Part shown: piece by piece, positions 10,301-19,978 of the stretch
Layout: each line of letters begins with the position of its first letter
Position numbering within the stretch: position 1 is the first letter of the stretch
NCBI GenBank assembly: GCA_963731735.1
Contig: CAVSWO010000002.1
Coordinates: forward strand, 529 to 64,528
DNA: 64,000 bases
DNA from: Candidatus Kerfeldbacteria bacterium
GTDB lineage: Bacteria; Patescibacteriota; Patescibacteriia; SBBC01; CAIJZX01
Direction of reading: 5' to 3'
Notes under the pieces: model-generated
The model's input: the letters and a program-made list of their open reading frames with translations, nothing else
Told to the model about the DNA's origin: nothing
Database searches by the model: none
Made by a program: the position numbers and the translations under genes

Positions 10301-10564
10301 TGCGTCTACCTTTCACTATTTGTAAACTCAGACTCTTCTTTTGGGCCTATATCCCGAGTCTGCGGGATTCGACGAAGATTTGAGGCGTTTGTCCGGTATA
10401 GGGGCAAACCTAGCTCGTTCTTGCCCAATGGATAGCAAGATACACGAATATGGTTACAATGTCAACCCTGAGCCCAAGCCGGGTGAGTTCTCTGCCAAAG
10501 AAAAAACGCCCCTGCTTTCGCAAAGGCGTTGGTTCAAGAAAGAGCTTACTGCCATTGATCGTAG

Positions 10565-10894
10565 CTACTTGATCGGTGCGGGTACGGGCGTCCAGGTCGC
10601 ATCTTTCATAACCATCGCCACACCGCTGCGGAGTACGATGCGGTTGCTGGACAGTACCACGGCCACATCCACGATCTTGATGTCAGGCGGCAGATGGCCA
10701 CTCCGTACCCAGCCGTTCATGGTCAGGTCGTAGATATCACCATTGTTGAACAGCACCGCGGTTCCGCCACCCATCATCACCATCGAACTGTGACTTGAAG
10801 CGGCTTCCACAGGGGTGGCAGTCCTTTCGATCAGACCGAAACCGATGGGAACGGCCACCATCAAACCGAAAGCGAAGACCAGAAGTTTCTTCAT
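10565..10894 (-). CDS. Small exported orphan protein
   Basis: AAGGAG SD, signal-like MKKLLVFAFGLMVAV, terminator-like hairpin near 10500-10530. Confidence 0.65.
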   Translation of the reverse strand: MKKLLVFAFGLMVAVPIGFGLIERTATPVEAASSHSSMVMMGGGTAVLFNNGDIYDLTMNGWVRSGHLPPDIKIVDVAVVLSSNRIVLRSGVAMVMKDATWTPVPAPIK

Positions 10895-11201
10895 GATGTT
10901 CTCCTTGTCGAAAGTTATGCGACGTTTCGAAGGTACTGCTTCCAAAGAGCAACCAAGTATCCAGACAGCACAATCAGCCTATCCCACGTTTTTCGGGGAC
11001 AGCCATATGCCATCTAGCCACTGCCTAGACCCTACCAAAAATCCGTCAGTTGTCAACCCCGCGCCACAACCAACGAAGAATTGACTAAAAAAGCCAACGT
11101 ATTGCGTATCCTTGTAAATTACGACCAAAAAAGATTCCCCAGAGTTGCGGTGCGGGGTCAAGTCTTTTGACCAACCGCCGGTTGCCCGCTACAATACTCC
11201 C

Positions 11202-11852
11202 ATGTTCATCGGGGTGGTTGGTTGTATGGGGGTCGGGAAATCGAGACTGACCGAGGCTCTGGCTCAGCGGCTTGGGTATCGGGCGTTCTACGAACCGGTC
11301 AAGGAAAATCCGTATTTGGATGATTTTTATGCCGACCCAAAACGCTGGGCGGTGTTGATGCAGTTCTTTATGCTGACCCGGCGGTTTCATCAGCACCTAG
11401 AAGTCCGGGAATTACAAGACAAAGATATCGGGATCGTTCAGGATCAGATAATTTTTGGCGATGTCCTATACGCCACCCTCAATCACCATCAAGGTAATAT
11501 TGATAGGCGTGATTTTGAAAATTATAAAACCCATTTTGAGGCGCTGCGTCCCCTGTTGACTTTGCCGGACGTGATCATCCACCTTGAAACATCGGTCGAT
11601 CAAGTGCTCGACCGGATTCGCGAACGCGGCCGTGCCAGCGAGCAGGCCATCAGCCGAGACTATCTCCAGGCGCTGACCGATCTGTTTGATAGCTGGGTCA
11701 GTTCAGTCGAAGACCAGACAACCGTCCTGCGATTGGATTGGACGAAGTATCAACCGGTTGATGAAGTGGTGCGAACAATCGAAGACCGCTTGCAGGTGCA
11801 GTTACCGATTCCGGTTACGACCCCGCCGAATGCTTCCCCAGCCCCGGCTTGA
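11202..11852 (+). CDS. Deoxynucleoside kinase
   Basis: GCMGVGKS P-loop, YEPVKENPYL, RIRERGRASE lid. TTGACC-17-TACAAT promoter 6 nt before ATG. Confidence 0.9.
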   Translation: MFIGVVGCMGVGKSRLTEALAQRLGYRAFYEPVKENPYLDDFYADPKRWAVLMQFFMLTRRFHQHLEVRELQDKDIGIVQDQIIFGDVLYATLNHHQGNIDRRDFENYKTHFEALRPLLTLPDVIIHLETSVDQVLDRIRERGRASEQAISRDYLQALTDLFDSWVSSVEDQTTVLRLDWTKYQPVDEVVRTIEDRLQVQLPIPVTTPPNASPAPA

Positions 11853-12363
11853 ATCGGATTGGGTTGTTTCGGTCATGTGCCCAGTTGATTGGGTTGAGAC
11901 GAATGTACTCACGAACACGCATTACATCCGATATAGATCTGAGTACGCGTTCATGAAAGGAACGTTGCCAGAGGGAGGCCCCCTGAGTGTTTCTCAGGAT
12001 ATTCACTCGAGCAGCTGCAAAGGTTTTGAATCCCCGAACAATTTCCGTCAATGGATTTTGTTTCACCTGATCGGCCCGCAGGTGGGGGTTTAAACCCCCA
12101 CCTGCGATAGAGGATGGCGCCTGAATAACAATTATTCCATGTACATGGTTTGGCATCAGGACCCAAGCATCGAGCGAACAATGATAGTGCTTTGGCAGAT
12201 CAAGCCAAACGCTCTGCACGGCCAGACCAAACTGGTTGATCAACATTCGTTGATTTTTTATCGATCCAAATAGTAGACGCTTATCTCTCGTGCAGAGAGT
12301 AACGAAATAATATCCTGGTTGTGTATAATCGTAGCCGGGTAAACGCAAAATAGGCCCTCGCAA
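11815..12363 (-). mobile_element. REP-associated tyrosine transposase (RAYT, Y1/HUH family)
   Basis: RLPGYDYTQPGYYFVTLCT, VLMPNHVHGII (HUH), LWQRSFHERVLR, YIRLNPINW. Confidence 0.9.
12077..12106. repeat. 30-bp perfect palindrome (REP-like) inside the RAYT CDS
   Basis: CGCAGGTGGGGGTTT/AAACCCCCACCTGCG. Confidence 0.8.
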
Positions 12364-12416
12364 GCCACGTGCTCACCATACCAGGTTCCCAGAAGTTTAC
12401 AAGATTTCGATTTCCC

Positions 12417-13484
12417 TTACCGCTTCCCCAGCGCCTGCTTGAGATAATCGACGGTTGGAATTGGGGCCGGATTGAGCCCGCGCAGGGCGGAAAGATACCA
12501 ACTCACGTAACCCCCAAAGGTTAAGAGATCAATCGCCTTCTCCATGGTGTTTTGACCGTGCGGACGGAAGGTCGAAACGCTTAAGCCATTATTTTTCAAA
12601 ATTTTGGCAGTCAACAGCAACCGTCGTTGATTCCGCGGATGATAGGTAGCATCCAGCACCAGCAGAGCATGCATTTGACGAGTCAGGCGCCGATTGCGCA
12701 ACCCTTCGAGCAAATGATGGTTCAAATCCGGAATCAGAAACCAACTGGCCGGGGTTTTGGCATTTTCGTTAATTTGATTGTGCCAGGTATGCAGATTTCC
12801 GGCTGTCCATTCCGCCCCGATCAGCAATGGCCACTTCTTAGCAAACTTCTGGGCGAGTTGCTTGGCCAGATTATCATGACGCGAACGCGAAAAATGATAT
12901 TGCGCGGTTGCGGATCGCGCGCGTTTGATCCACGTCTCAACTTCCCGATCAGGATTCTTGATCCACTGCATTTTCCAGGCCAAGGCCACCAAGGCCATCA
13001 AATTATATCCCACCCCGAGCCGCGGTTGGCCGGATGGGTTGGCACTGGGAACAAATTGCCAGCTGGGAAGCTGGTCCGAGGCGGCCGCCTTCGCGAGCTG
13101 GCCTCCGCTCGTGATCACCACCACCCGCGCTTTACGACGAAGCGCGGCTTTCAGGCAGGTCAGGGTTTCTTCCGTGCTGCCAGAATAACTCGAGGCAATC
13201 ACCAGGGTCTGCCGATCAACCCAAGCCGGAAGTGTATAGTCGGCGATGATCGCGACCGGAACCGGAATTCGATCAGCCCAAACCGAACGAAGAATATCTG
13301 CTCCCAGATGTGATCCCCCCATTCCGCACACCGCGACTTTGGTAATTTTTCGAAAGTCCGCTGGCAGGGTAACCGGTTTGGCCTGGTGCCAGCCGTCGTG
13401 AAGTTGCTCTGAAAATAAATCAAGCGCCGCGCCGACTTTGCCAGGATCGCGTTTGAGCAACGGAAAAGTGTCGAGGGTAGGCAT
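12417..13484 (-). CDS. Bifunctional phosphoglucose/phosphomannose isomerase (SIS domains)
   Basis: CGMGGS, SSYSGSTEET, ITSGGQL, QPR, QINENAK, PDLNHH motifs. Confidence 0.9.
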   Translation of the reverse strand: MPTLDTFPLLKRDPGKVGAALDLFSEQLHDGWHQAKPVTLPADFRKITKVAVCGMGGSHLGADILRSVWADRIPVPVAIIADYTLPAWVDRQTLVIASSYSGSTEETLTCLKAALRRKARVVVITSGGQLAKAAASDQLPSWQFVPSANPSGQPRLGVGYNLMALVALAWKMQWIKNPDREVETWIKRARSATAQYHFSRSRHDNLAKQLAQKFAKKWPLLIGAEWTAGNLHTWHNQINENAKTPASWFLIPDLNHHLLEGLRNRRLTRQMHALLVLDATYHPRNQRRLLLTAKILKNNGLSVSTFRPHGQNTMEKAIDLLTFGGYVSWYLSALRGLNPAPIPTVDYLKQALGKR

Positions 13485-13488
13485 AGAA

Positions 13489-14178
13489 TTAGCTGATTTT
13501 TGGTGGAACAAGATGGTGTTTGATCCAGGGCCAAATGGCGGCCACCACAATCAGGAGTACCAGGATTGGCAGCAGGACTGTCCCCCAACTCCAACCGGCC
13601 CAAATCTGCGTGAACCACCAGCGACGTGGGTACGTTAACCAAGCCGCGACCGGATCAATCTGACGTGGAACTACGCGGAGCTGATATCGCCCCGGGGTGC
13701 TTGAGGCCGTGTAGACGGCCGCGTAGTAATCACCGTCGGCCGGTAAACGTAACTCTTTGGCCACCAATTGTTTGGCGCCGCTTTGCGTCAGCCAGGAAAA
13801 TACTTTGGTCGGATTCATGCCCGGATAGATGGTGGCCAAGGTGTTCGCCGGTTGTTCAATCGGGAGCACCGGTCCGGCCGTGATCGAATCTGGAGAAAAC
13901 ACCACCAGCCGCGGGGCGAATTTCTCGGCCGTGGAATTTGGCACTTCCAAATAAATTCGAAGATGCTGATCGGCTTGGCCAGTCCAGTGATAGACTCGGC
14001 TATCGCCGTCGCCTTGCAGGACGCCGAAACGAACCTGTTCCTGTTTGGACAAGTCGAGTGGCAAAGCCGTTTGCCAAGCGTTATGTCCGCGATCGACCCG
14101 GACCACGGCGGCCTGGGTCGCCAATGGCCACGTCAGGCCCAAAATCGCGAAAGCGAGAATCCAAGGTCGAACAAGCAT
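13489..14178 (-). CDS. Exported protein with C-terminal membrane anchor
   Basis: Signal peptide, beta-rich domain, C-terminal TM. TACACT 6 nt before ATG. Confidence 0.7.
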   Translation of the reverse strand: MLVRPWILAFAILGLTWPLATQAAVVRVDRGHNAWQTALPLDLSKQEQVRFGVLQGDGDSRVYHWTGQADQHLRIYLEVPNSTAEKFAPRLVVFSPDSITAGPVLPIEQPANTLATIYPGMNPTKVFSWLTQSGAKQLVAKELRLPADGDYYAAVYTASSTPGRYQLRVVPRQIDPVAAWLTYPRRWWFTQIWAGWSWGTVLLPILVLLIVVAAIWPWIKHHLVPPKIS

Positions 14179-14210
14179 AGTCCTAGTGTAACGCAGCTGG
14201 CATGTTTTGA

Positions 14211-14726
14211 CTATTCCGCCACCGGAGTCCCGGCCCCCAGAGCCGATGTCTCCTCCGGACTGAGTCCCTTGGTCAACAACCGACTGCCGAAGCAGGCCCG
14301 GGTATCGTAACGCCCATCCGACCGGGCATGCAGAAACAATAGGTAACGACCCTGGCCACTGGCAAAATGCAATTCCCCTTCCGTATATTTTTTTGTGTCC
14401 GCGCCGGTCTGATCGGCCAAGGCGGCGATCCGGGGACTTGGCGTGGTCAAGCGGCCGCGATACAGGCGATCCGGCGCAATGATAACATCCGCCCCCGTCG
14501 CAGCCGGCAGGACCGCAAAAACCGATCCGGTGAGGACCAGGTCAGCGGCCGTGAGTTGATCCTGAATATCGGCCGTCGCGCATGATTGTCCATTGACCGT
14601 CACCGAAGTTGATCGGCCCCATACCCACCAGCCCCCAGCCAGCAACACAAGTGCCAACCCCAGCACCCCCAGCGCGAAGCGTCCGTTGGTGGCCGGGGGG
14701 TTAGTGTGGCGATTTCGGATCGGCAT
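14211..14726 (-). CDS. Membrane-anchored protein, TIMP/NTR-like OB fold suspected
   Basis: TM, then SC...ADLVLTGSV...GQGRYLLF...C pattern. Confidence 0.55.
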   Translation of the reverse strand: MPIRNRHTNPPATNGRFALGVLGLALVLLAGGWWVWGRSTSVTVNGQSCATADIQDQLTAADLVLTGSVFAVLPAATGADVIIAPDRLYRGRLTTPSPRIAALADQTGADTKKYTEGELHFASGQGRYLLFLHARSDGRYDTRACFGSRLLTKGLSPEETSALGAGTPVAE

Positions 14727-16212
14727 ACCGTTCAACCATCCGACCAAGTTGCTTGGCCAGTCTGCGAGTCAGCTGGTGCTTCGGCACCCGCCACGACCAA
14801 TTACCACGAATCGTGCCCGGACGATTCAGGCGGGCGGACGATCCCAAACCTAAGACATCTTGGATGGACACCATCGCCACCCCGGCTTGACTCTTATAGA
14901 CCGCCTCAATGCAACGCCAGTTCAACCGGCTGGTCGAGCCAAAATAGTCCTTGATGCGTTGCCGCTGCTTGTGGGTGGCCTCATCGCGCCACCAGCCCAT
15001 GACCGTGTTGGTATCATGCGTCGAGGTGTAATAATGAAAATCCGGCTGAACCGCTGTCGGGTGATGAATATTGTTATGCATCCAAACCCAGCCGAATAGG
15101 AAGACTCGCATGCCGTTGAGTCCATATTGCTGTCGCAGGCGTTCGGCGTTGGGGCTATACAACCCCAGATCCTCCACCATGAACGGCAGCTTCGGCCAGC
15201 GGCGTTTGATGCGCTGGAGAATTGCGTTGCTCGGGGTATTGACCCAGTGTCCGCTGCGCCCGTCTTTGGCCCGAATCGGAATCCACCAGGTATGGTCATA
15301 GCCGCGGAAATGATCTATCCGTAAAATATCGTAATGCTTGAGTGATTCGCGGATGCGCTGCAGCCACCAAGCGAAGCCTTCGTGCTGATGGGTCGGCCAC
15401 CGATAAACCGGGTTGCCCCATTTTTGTCCGGTGCTCGAAAAAATATCGGGCGGCACGCCGGCCACATATTTCCGGGTGTGATCCTTGGAGATCATAAAGT
15501 GCCGACGGTGGCTCCAAACCTCAACGCTCTCAAGCGGCGGATAAAACGGCAAATCGCCCATGATTTGAATTCCCTGTTTGTGGGCGTAAGTTTTCAGATC
15601 TTGCCATTGCATAAAAAACACCCACTGCATATAGGCATAAAATTTTTGCCGGTGCAGAATTTTTGGCGTTACGACTTTCATGGCCCGGGCTGGGGTGTGA
15701 TAGGCTTTCGGCCATTCGTACCAGCGGTGGTTTCGAAACGTTTGTTTCAGGGCCGCGTACAAACTGTAATTGGCCAGCCATTCGCCCTCGGCCTTCACCC
15801 AACGTGCAAAGGCTCGTCGGTCGGTCGGTCGGCCTTTGGCTTCAAACCACTCAAAGGCCTCGAATAATTCGCTTCGTTTCTGGCGCGTTAATTTTTTGTG
15901 CTGGATTGGCTGGTGACCATAGCGTTGTTTGAGGACAGGGTGATGCGGTAACAAACCTCGGGCCACCATGTGTTCAAAACTGATCAGACGCCAGTTACCA
16001 GCCAAGCTCGAGAGCGACGCATACGGCGAACCGACGTGATCGGGTAAAGTGATCGGCAGGACTTGCCAAAAACGCTGTCCGGCCGCCGCCAGCCAATCAA
16101 CAAAGTCATAGGCCACCGGTCCCAGATCGCCAATCCCGGACCGACCAGGCAGCGAGCGGATGGCGCAAAAGACACCGGCTGAACGTTTCATTTTGGGGTG
16201 GGATTTAGACAT
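14701..16212 (-). CDS. malQ: 4-alpha-glucanotransferase (GH77), copy 2
   Basis: WQVLP, SPYAS, GDLPFY, GQKWGNP, RIDHFRG, VEDLG, TSTHD, NWSWR motifs. Confidence 0.93.
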   Translation of the reverse strand: MSKSHPKMKRSAGVFCAIRSLPGRSGIGDLGPVAYDFVDWLAAAGQRFWQVLPITLPDHVGSPYASLSSLAGNWRLISFEHMVARGLLPHHPVLKQRYGHQPIQHKKLTRQKRSELFEAFEWFEAKGRPTDRRAFARWVKAEGEWLANYSLYAALKQTFRNHRWYEWPKAYHTPARAMKVVTPKILHRQKFYAYMQWVFFMQWQDLKTYAHKQGIQIMGDLPFYPPLESVEVWSHRRHFMISKDHTRKYVAGVPPDIFSSTGQKWGNPVYRWPTHQHEGFAWWLQRIRESLKHYDILRIDHFRGYDHTWWIPIRAKDGRSGHWVNTPSNAILQRIKRRWPKLPFMVEDLGLYSPNAERLRQQYGLNGMRVFLFGWVWMHNNIHHPTAVQPDFHYYTSTHDTNTVMGWWRDEATHKQRQRIKDYFGSTSRLNWRCIEAVYKSQAGVAMVSIQDVLGLGSSARLNRPGTIRGNWSWRVPKHQLTRRLAKQLGRMVERYADPKSPH

Positions 16213-17701
16213 CGGTCGTCGTCAGTTTTCGTAAACGTCGAGCGAGGGCTGGTGTACAGGCCTTGACCGGTAATCGCCAGGACCAATTCCGTTCAATCGT
16301 GCCGGGCAGATTCATCCGGTCGCGCGTCCCGCGACCGAGCAGGTCTTGGATTTGGATCATGGCCGCGAAACCGCGGCTGCGGTAGACCGCCTCAATCAGC
16401 GCCCAGTGCATACTCCGATGCGGCGGTAAGAAGGCCTTGACCCGCTGCCGTTCGGCCGCGGTGGCTTCATCACGCCACCAGCCCATGATGGTGTTGGAGT
16501 CGTGGGTCGAGGTATAAAAGTAATAATCAGCGGTGACCCGCGCCGGTTGATGTATGTTCGTCTGCGGCCAACGCCAGCCAAATTGGAAGACGCGCATCCC
16601 GCGTAATTTGTAAGCGGCGCGAATCAAGTCGGTTTTTTTTGAGTAGAGTCCCAGATCTTCGACCAGGAACGGACGGGCTGGCCAGCGGCGGACTAAACCC
16701 GCTAGCAGGGTTTTCCAGGGCGTCCTGACCCAATGGCCGGCCCGGCCATCAGTCGCTTTGGCTGGGATCCACCAGGTGTGTTCATAGCCGCGAAAATGGT
16801 CGATGCGGAGCACATCGTATAATCGCAGCGCTTGTCGGATGCGGCCATACCACCAGGCAAAGTCAGTCCGACGATGGGCTGGCCAATCAAAAACCGGATA
16901 GCCCCATTTTTGACCGAGGTCGGTAAATAATCCCGGCGGGACCCCGGCCACAAAAATTGGACGGCCGCGGTAATCAACTTTGAATAATTCCGGATGGGCC
17001 CATACGTCGACACTGTCGTGCCGGACGTAAAACGGCAGGTCACCGATCACCCGTAAACCCTGACGGTTGGCGTAGCGTTTCAGTTCCCCCCACTGCTGGA
17101 AAAATATCCACTGCATATAGGCGAAGAAGTCTTGGCGCCGGCGCAATTCGACCGACAACGAGCGTTGGGCGGAAACCGGATTTTGATAGCGCGGCGGCCA
17201 ATCGCCCCACTGGCGCCCTTGGTGGGCTTCTTCTAAGACCGCGTAGGTGGTGTATGGCGCCAACCAGCCGCGTTCGGCCTGACGCCAGCGTTCAAAGGCG
17301 CGGTGTTGGGCCGAAGTTCCGCCGGCTTGGAAATATTCGAACGAACGCTCCAGCAGTTTTTTCTTGGTTCGCTCGACGGCATCGTGATGAATGCGAGTAC
17401 TTTGGAGCCGGCCCGGCCGCCAAGCGGACCGCGGTAACAATTGCTTTCGGACCAGGAGTTCCGGACTAATTAATTTCCAGTCCCCGGCTCGGCTGGACGA
17501 CGAGGCGTACGGCGAACCGAAGGCATCCGGTAGCGTCAGCGGTAAAATTTGCCAGTAGCTTTGCCCGGCGGCGGCTAGCCAGTCAACAAATTGATAGGCG
17601 GATGGACCAAAGTCACCAATCCCGCCGCGGCTTGGCAACGAGCTGACCGCGCAAAATATCCCGGCTCGGCGCCGTCGGTTTGAACGTCGGATCTTAGGCA
17701 T
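16205..17701 (-). CDS. malQ: 4-alpha-glucanotransferase (GH77), copy 1
   Basis: Same GH77 motifs: RIDHFRG, VEDLG, TSTHD. Confidence 0.93.
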   Translation of the reverse strand: MPKIRRSNRRRRAGIFCAVSSLPSRGGIGDFGPSAYQFVDWLAAAGQSYWQILPLTLPDAFGSPYASSSSRAGDWKLISPELLVRKQLLPRSAWRPGRLQSTRIHHDAVERTKKKLLERSFEYFQAGGTSAQHRAFERWRQAERGWLAPYTTYAVLEEAHQGRQWGDWPPRYQNPVSAQRSLSVELRRRQDFFAYMQWIFFQQWGELKRYANRQGLRVIGDLPFYVRHDSVDVWAHPELFKVDYRGRPIFVAGVPPGLFTDLGQKWGYPVFDWPAHRRTDFAWWYGRIRQALRLYDVLRIDHFRGYEHTWWIPAKATDGRAGHWVRTPWKTLLAGLVRRWPARPFLVEDLGLYSKKTDLIRAAYKLRGMRVFQFGWRWPQTNIHQPARVTADYYFYTSTHDSNTIMGWWRDEATAAERQRVKAFLPPHRSMHWALIEAVYRSRGFAAMIQIQDLLGRGTRDRMNLPGTIERNWSWRLPVKACTPALARRLRKLTTTDV

Positions 17702-18473
17702 TGGCGATCGTGGTCAGATACTGGCAAAAGGGACATTCAGGTCCCGGTTCAGGTAGCGGTCCGGCCAGCAGCGTAATCGCTTGGTGAATCACCTCAGGCA
17801 CCCGGGCCGGATTTGTTTTGAGTGTTTTGACGGTTACCTGCATCGGAAAACCTTGATCAAGCCGATCCCCAAAGTCCGGAAAGAAATAGATCAGGTGGCC
17901 GATCCCGCTGACCGGTTTCCGGTTCTGTTCAAGCAACCAACTATAACTATCCAACTGAAACTGGTAGGCCGGAATCAGCGGTCGCGTGGTTGGGTCCGAG
18001 GAAGCGGTTTTATGGTCAACGGGCGTATAGGTTCCGTCCTCGCGAACCAAGCATTCATCCAACTTTCCATAAAATCCGTACTGATCATTTATGCTGGCGA
18101 AATATTTTTCCTGAAACGGACGTTCCAGCCGGCCGACCACCTGCCCTTCAATCAGTGGCGGTAGAGTTCCCAGCTGACGATATTGATCGAAGTAGTGTTT
18201 AATCACGATATCAAAACGATTGGCCAAACGCGAAACAATACCTTCCGGCTGGCGGATGCCCTGGTTATACTGTCGCCAAAAACAGCGCGGACAGCGTCGC
18301 ATATTTTCCAGGCCGGTGGCCGATAGCCAGCGTTTCTTTTTACCGGGCGTCCAGCGACGGCCGGGGGTGGCGGCTGGTGACGGCGGTTTAGCGGCTGGCT
18401 GCCTCGTCCGTTTCTGACGGGTTGGAAACAGTGATCCTTGACGACTGGATGAACTTCGTGAAGCGCGCGGCAT
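17694..18473 (-). CDS. PD-(D/E)XK nuclease (RecB/AddB-like) with Cys motifs
   Basis: LSATG...CPRCFW, GKLDE, VDHKT, QLDSY, ECPFC motifs. Confidence 0.85.
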   Translation of the reverse strand: MPRASRSSSSRQGSLFPTRQKRTRQPAAKPPSPAATPGRRWTPGKKKRWLSATGLENMRRCPRCFWRQYNQGIRQPEGIVSRLANRFDIVIKHYFDQYRQLGTLPPLIEGQVVGRLERPFQEKYFASINDQYGFYGKLDECLVREDGTYTPVDHKTASSDPTTRPLIPAYQFQLDSYSWLLEQNRKPVSGIGHLIYFFPDFGDRLDQGFPMQVTVKTLKTNPARVPEVIHQAITLLAGPLPEPGPECPFCQYLTTIANA

Positions 18474-18478
18474 AATAC

Positions 18479-19012
18479 TTAGCGTTGAACGATCCGTCCG
18501 ACAATCACGCCAATCAAGATCGCGGCGCCGCCCAGAAAAAACATCTTGGCCGCGCTGACCCAGCGGTTGACATGAAATCGTCGCCCGCTTTCGTAGCCCA
18601 GCAGAAACAGGGACACCAGCGAGGCCCCAATCGACCACCAAAAAGCCGTCTGCACACTCAACCACAAATAGGGTGCTAAGGGTACGAGACCCAAAATAAA
18701 GTACGAAAAGAACATAATCGTGCCGGCTCGCACGGCCATGCCGACCGGCGCTTCACTCCGGGTCAGGTATTCTTCGGCCGAATTTTCCGAGAGAAAATCA
18801 CCGACCGCCATTGATAAGGCTTCCACAAAGATTAAAATAATCCCGGCCACCACAATATCGGCTTTGGCTACCCCGGCGACCGCCACGCCGGACAATAAAC
18901 CCACCGTTGAAACCAAGCTGTCTTCGCTGCCAAATATAAAGCTTTTGACGTACAGGGCGTTCGAATACTGTTGGCTATGACCGTTAGGCGTGGGGTCGGT
19001 GATCGCTGACAT
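18479..19012 (-). CDS. VIT1/CCC1 family metal transporter
   Basis: IFGSEDSLVST, ALSMAVGDFLSE, LVPLAPY motifs. Confidence 0.88.
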   Translation of the reverse strand: MSAITDPTPNGHSQQYSNALYVKSFIFGSEDSLVSTVGLLSGVAVAGVAKADIVVAGIILIFVEALSMAVGDFLSENSAEEYLTRSEAPVGMAVRAGTIMFFSYFILGLVPLAPYLWLSVQTAFWWSIGASLVSLFLLGYESGRRFHVNRWVSAAKMFFLGGAAILIGVIVGRIVQR

Positions 19013-19301
19013 GATTTAAGAAATTTGGCTCATCAAAGACCGGGCGAAAATACAGTAAGTCGTAATTGTGCTGGGTCAGGACTTCCGTTATACCATCCCG
19101 CAAGTGCCGCGGAATGGCCGTAATATACCCGCGCACAAGCGAATCTTCATCAACCTCTGATTTTCCGAGCTTATGGGCTTGGGATTCGGTTGAAGCTTTA
19201 ACCAAATCGGCGGACACGTATTTTTTATAGTTCATCGGGGTGTCGCCGATTAGGGCGTGCAGTTTTTCACGCATATCAGGCGACCAAAACATGGCAATCA
19301 T
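18984..19301 (-). CDS. Small helical protein, DUF2621/PCP_red-like
   Basis: W..D....L..L...P and LVRGYITAIP pattern; start overlaps the upstream stop. Confidence 0.55.
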   Translation of the reverse strand: MIAMFWSPDMREKLHALIGDTPMNYKKYVSADLVKASTESQAHKLGKSEVDEDSLVRGYITAIPRHLRDGITEVLTQHNYDLLYFRPVFDEPNFLNHVSDHRPHA

Positions 19302-19978
19302 TGCGGTTGGGATTCAATTGTCGCTTGCTGTATCACGTCTCCAACCGCAATTGACTGGACGACGTCCTGACCGGCAGTCACCCGGCCAAAGATCGTATAC
19401 GCCTTGGGTAAATCGCGATCAGCCAGCATGATAAAAAATTGGGATCCGTTGGTGTTCGGTCCGGCGTTCGCCATCGCCACGGTGCCGGTGGTGTAGTCGC
19501 CGGTCACCGGTTCATCCGGAAATTGATAGCCCGGTCCGCCGGTTCCCCACCGCTCCGAACTGATCGAGGCATCCTTGGTTTGCGGATCGCCAGCCTGAAT
19601 CACAAAACCCGGTTCCACCCGGTGCCAAATAATCCCGTCGTAAAATTTCTGCTGGACCAGGTAAATAAAGTTACTGACGGCCAGCGGCGCCTGGTCGGGC
19701 AGGAGTTCGATGACGATATCGCCTTTGGTGGTGGTCAGGCGGACTTGTTTATGCTGAATTTCCTGGTCGGGTAGTTTACCCGGAAATGTATATCCCATAG
19801 TGCTTTTGGCTTGGTTAATATTGATCGGGTTGGGTGCTTGGGTATTAGTGGTATTTGTCAGGTTGGTGTTGGCCGGGGCCGGTAATCGAAAATTGGTCAG
19901 CCCCAAAATGACCGCCGCGACGATGATTACGCCGGCTCCAATTAGTTGGACTTGGCTGTCTTTGATCGGATTTTTCAT
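19298..19978 (-). CDS. Membrane-anchored cyclophilin-type peptidyl-prolyl isomerase
   Basis: FYDGIIWHRV, FVIQAGDP, AMANAGPNTNGSQFFI motifs. Confidence 0.92.
   Translation of the reverse strand: MKNPIKDSQVQLIGAGVIIVAAVILGLTNFRLPAPANTNLTNTTNTQAPNPININQAKSTMGYTFPGKLPDQEIQHKQVRLTTTKGDIVIELLPDQAPLAVSNFIYLVQQKFYDGIIWHRVEPGFVIQAGDPQTKDASISSERWGTGGPGYQFPDEPVTGDYTTGTVAMANAGPNTNGSQFFIMLADRDLPKAYTIFGRVTAGQDVVQSIAVGDVIQQATIESQPQ

Noticed and set aside
17694-18473. Cas4 / CRISPR adaptation module
   Set aside because: Stand-alone PD-(D/E)XK nuclease with no cas1/cas2 or array in the window.
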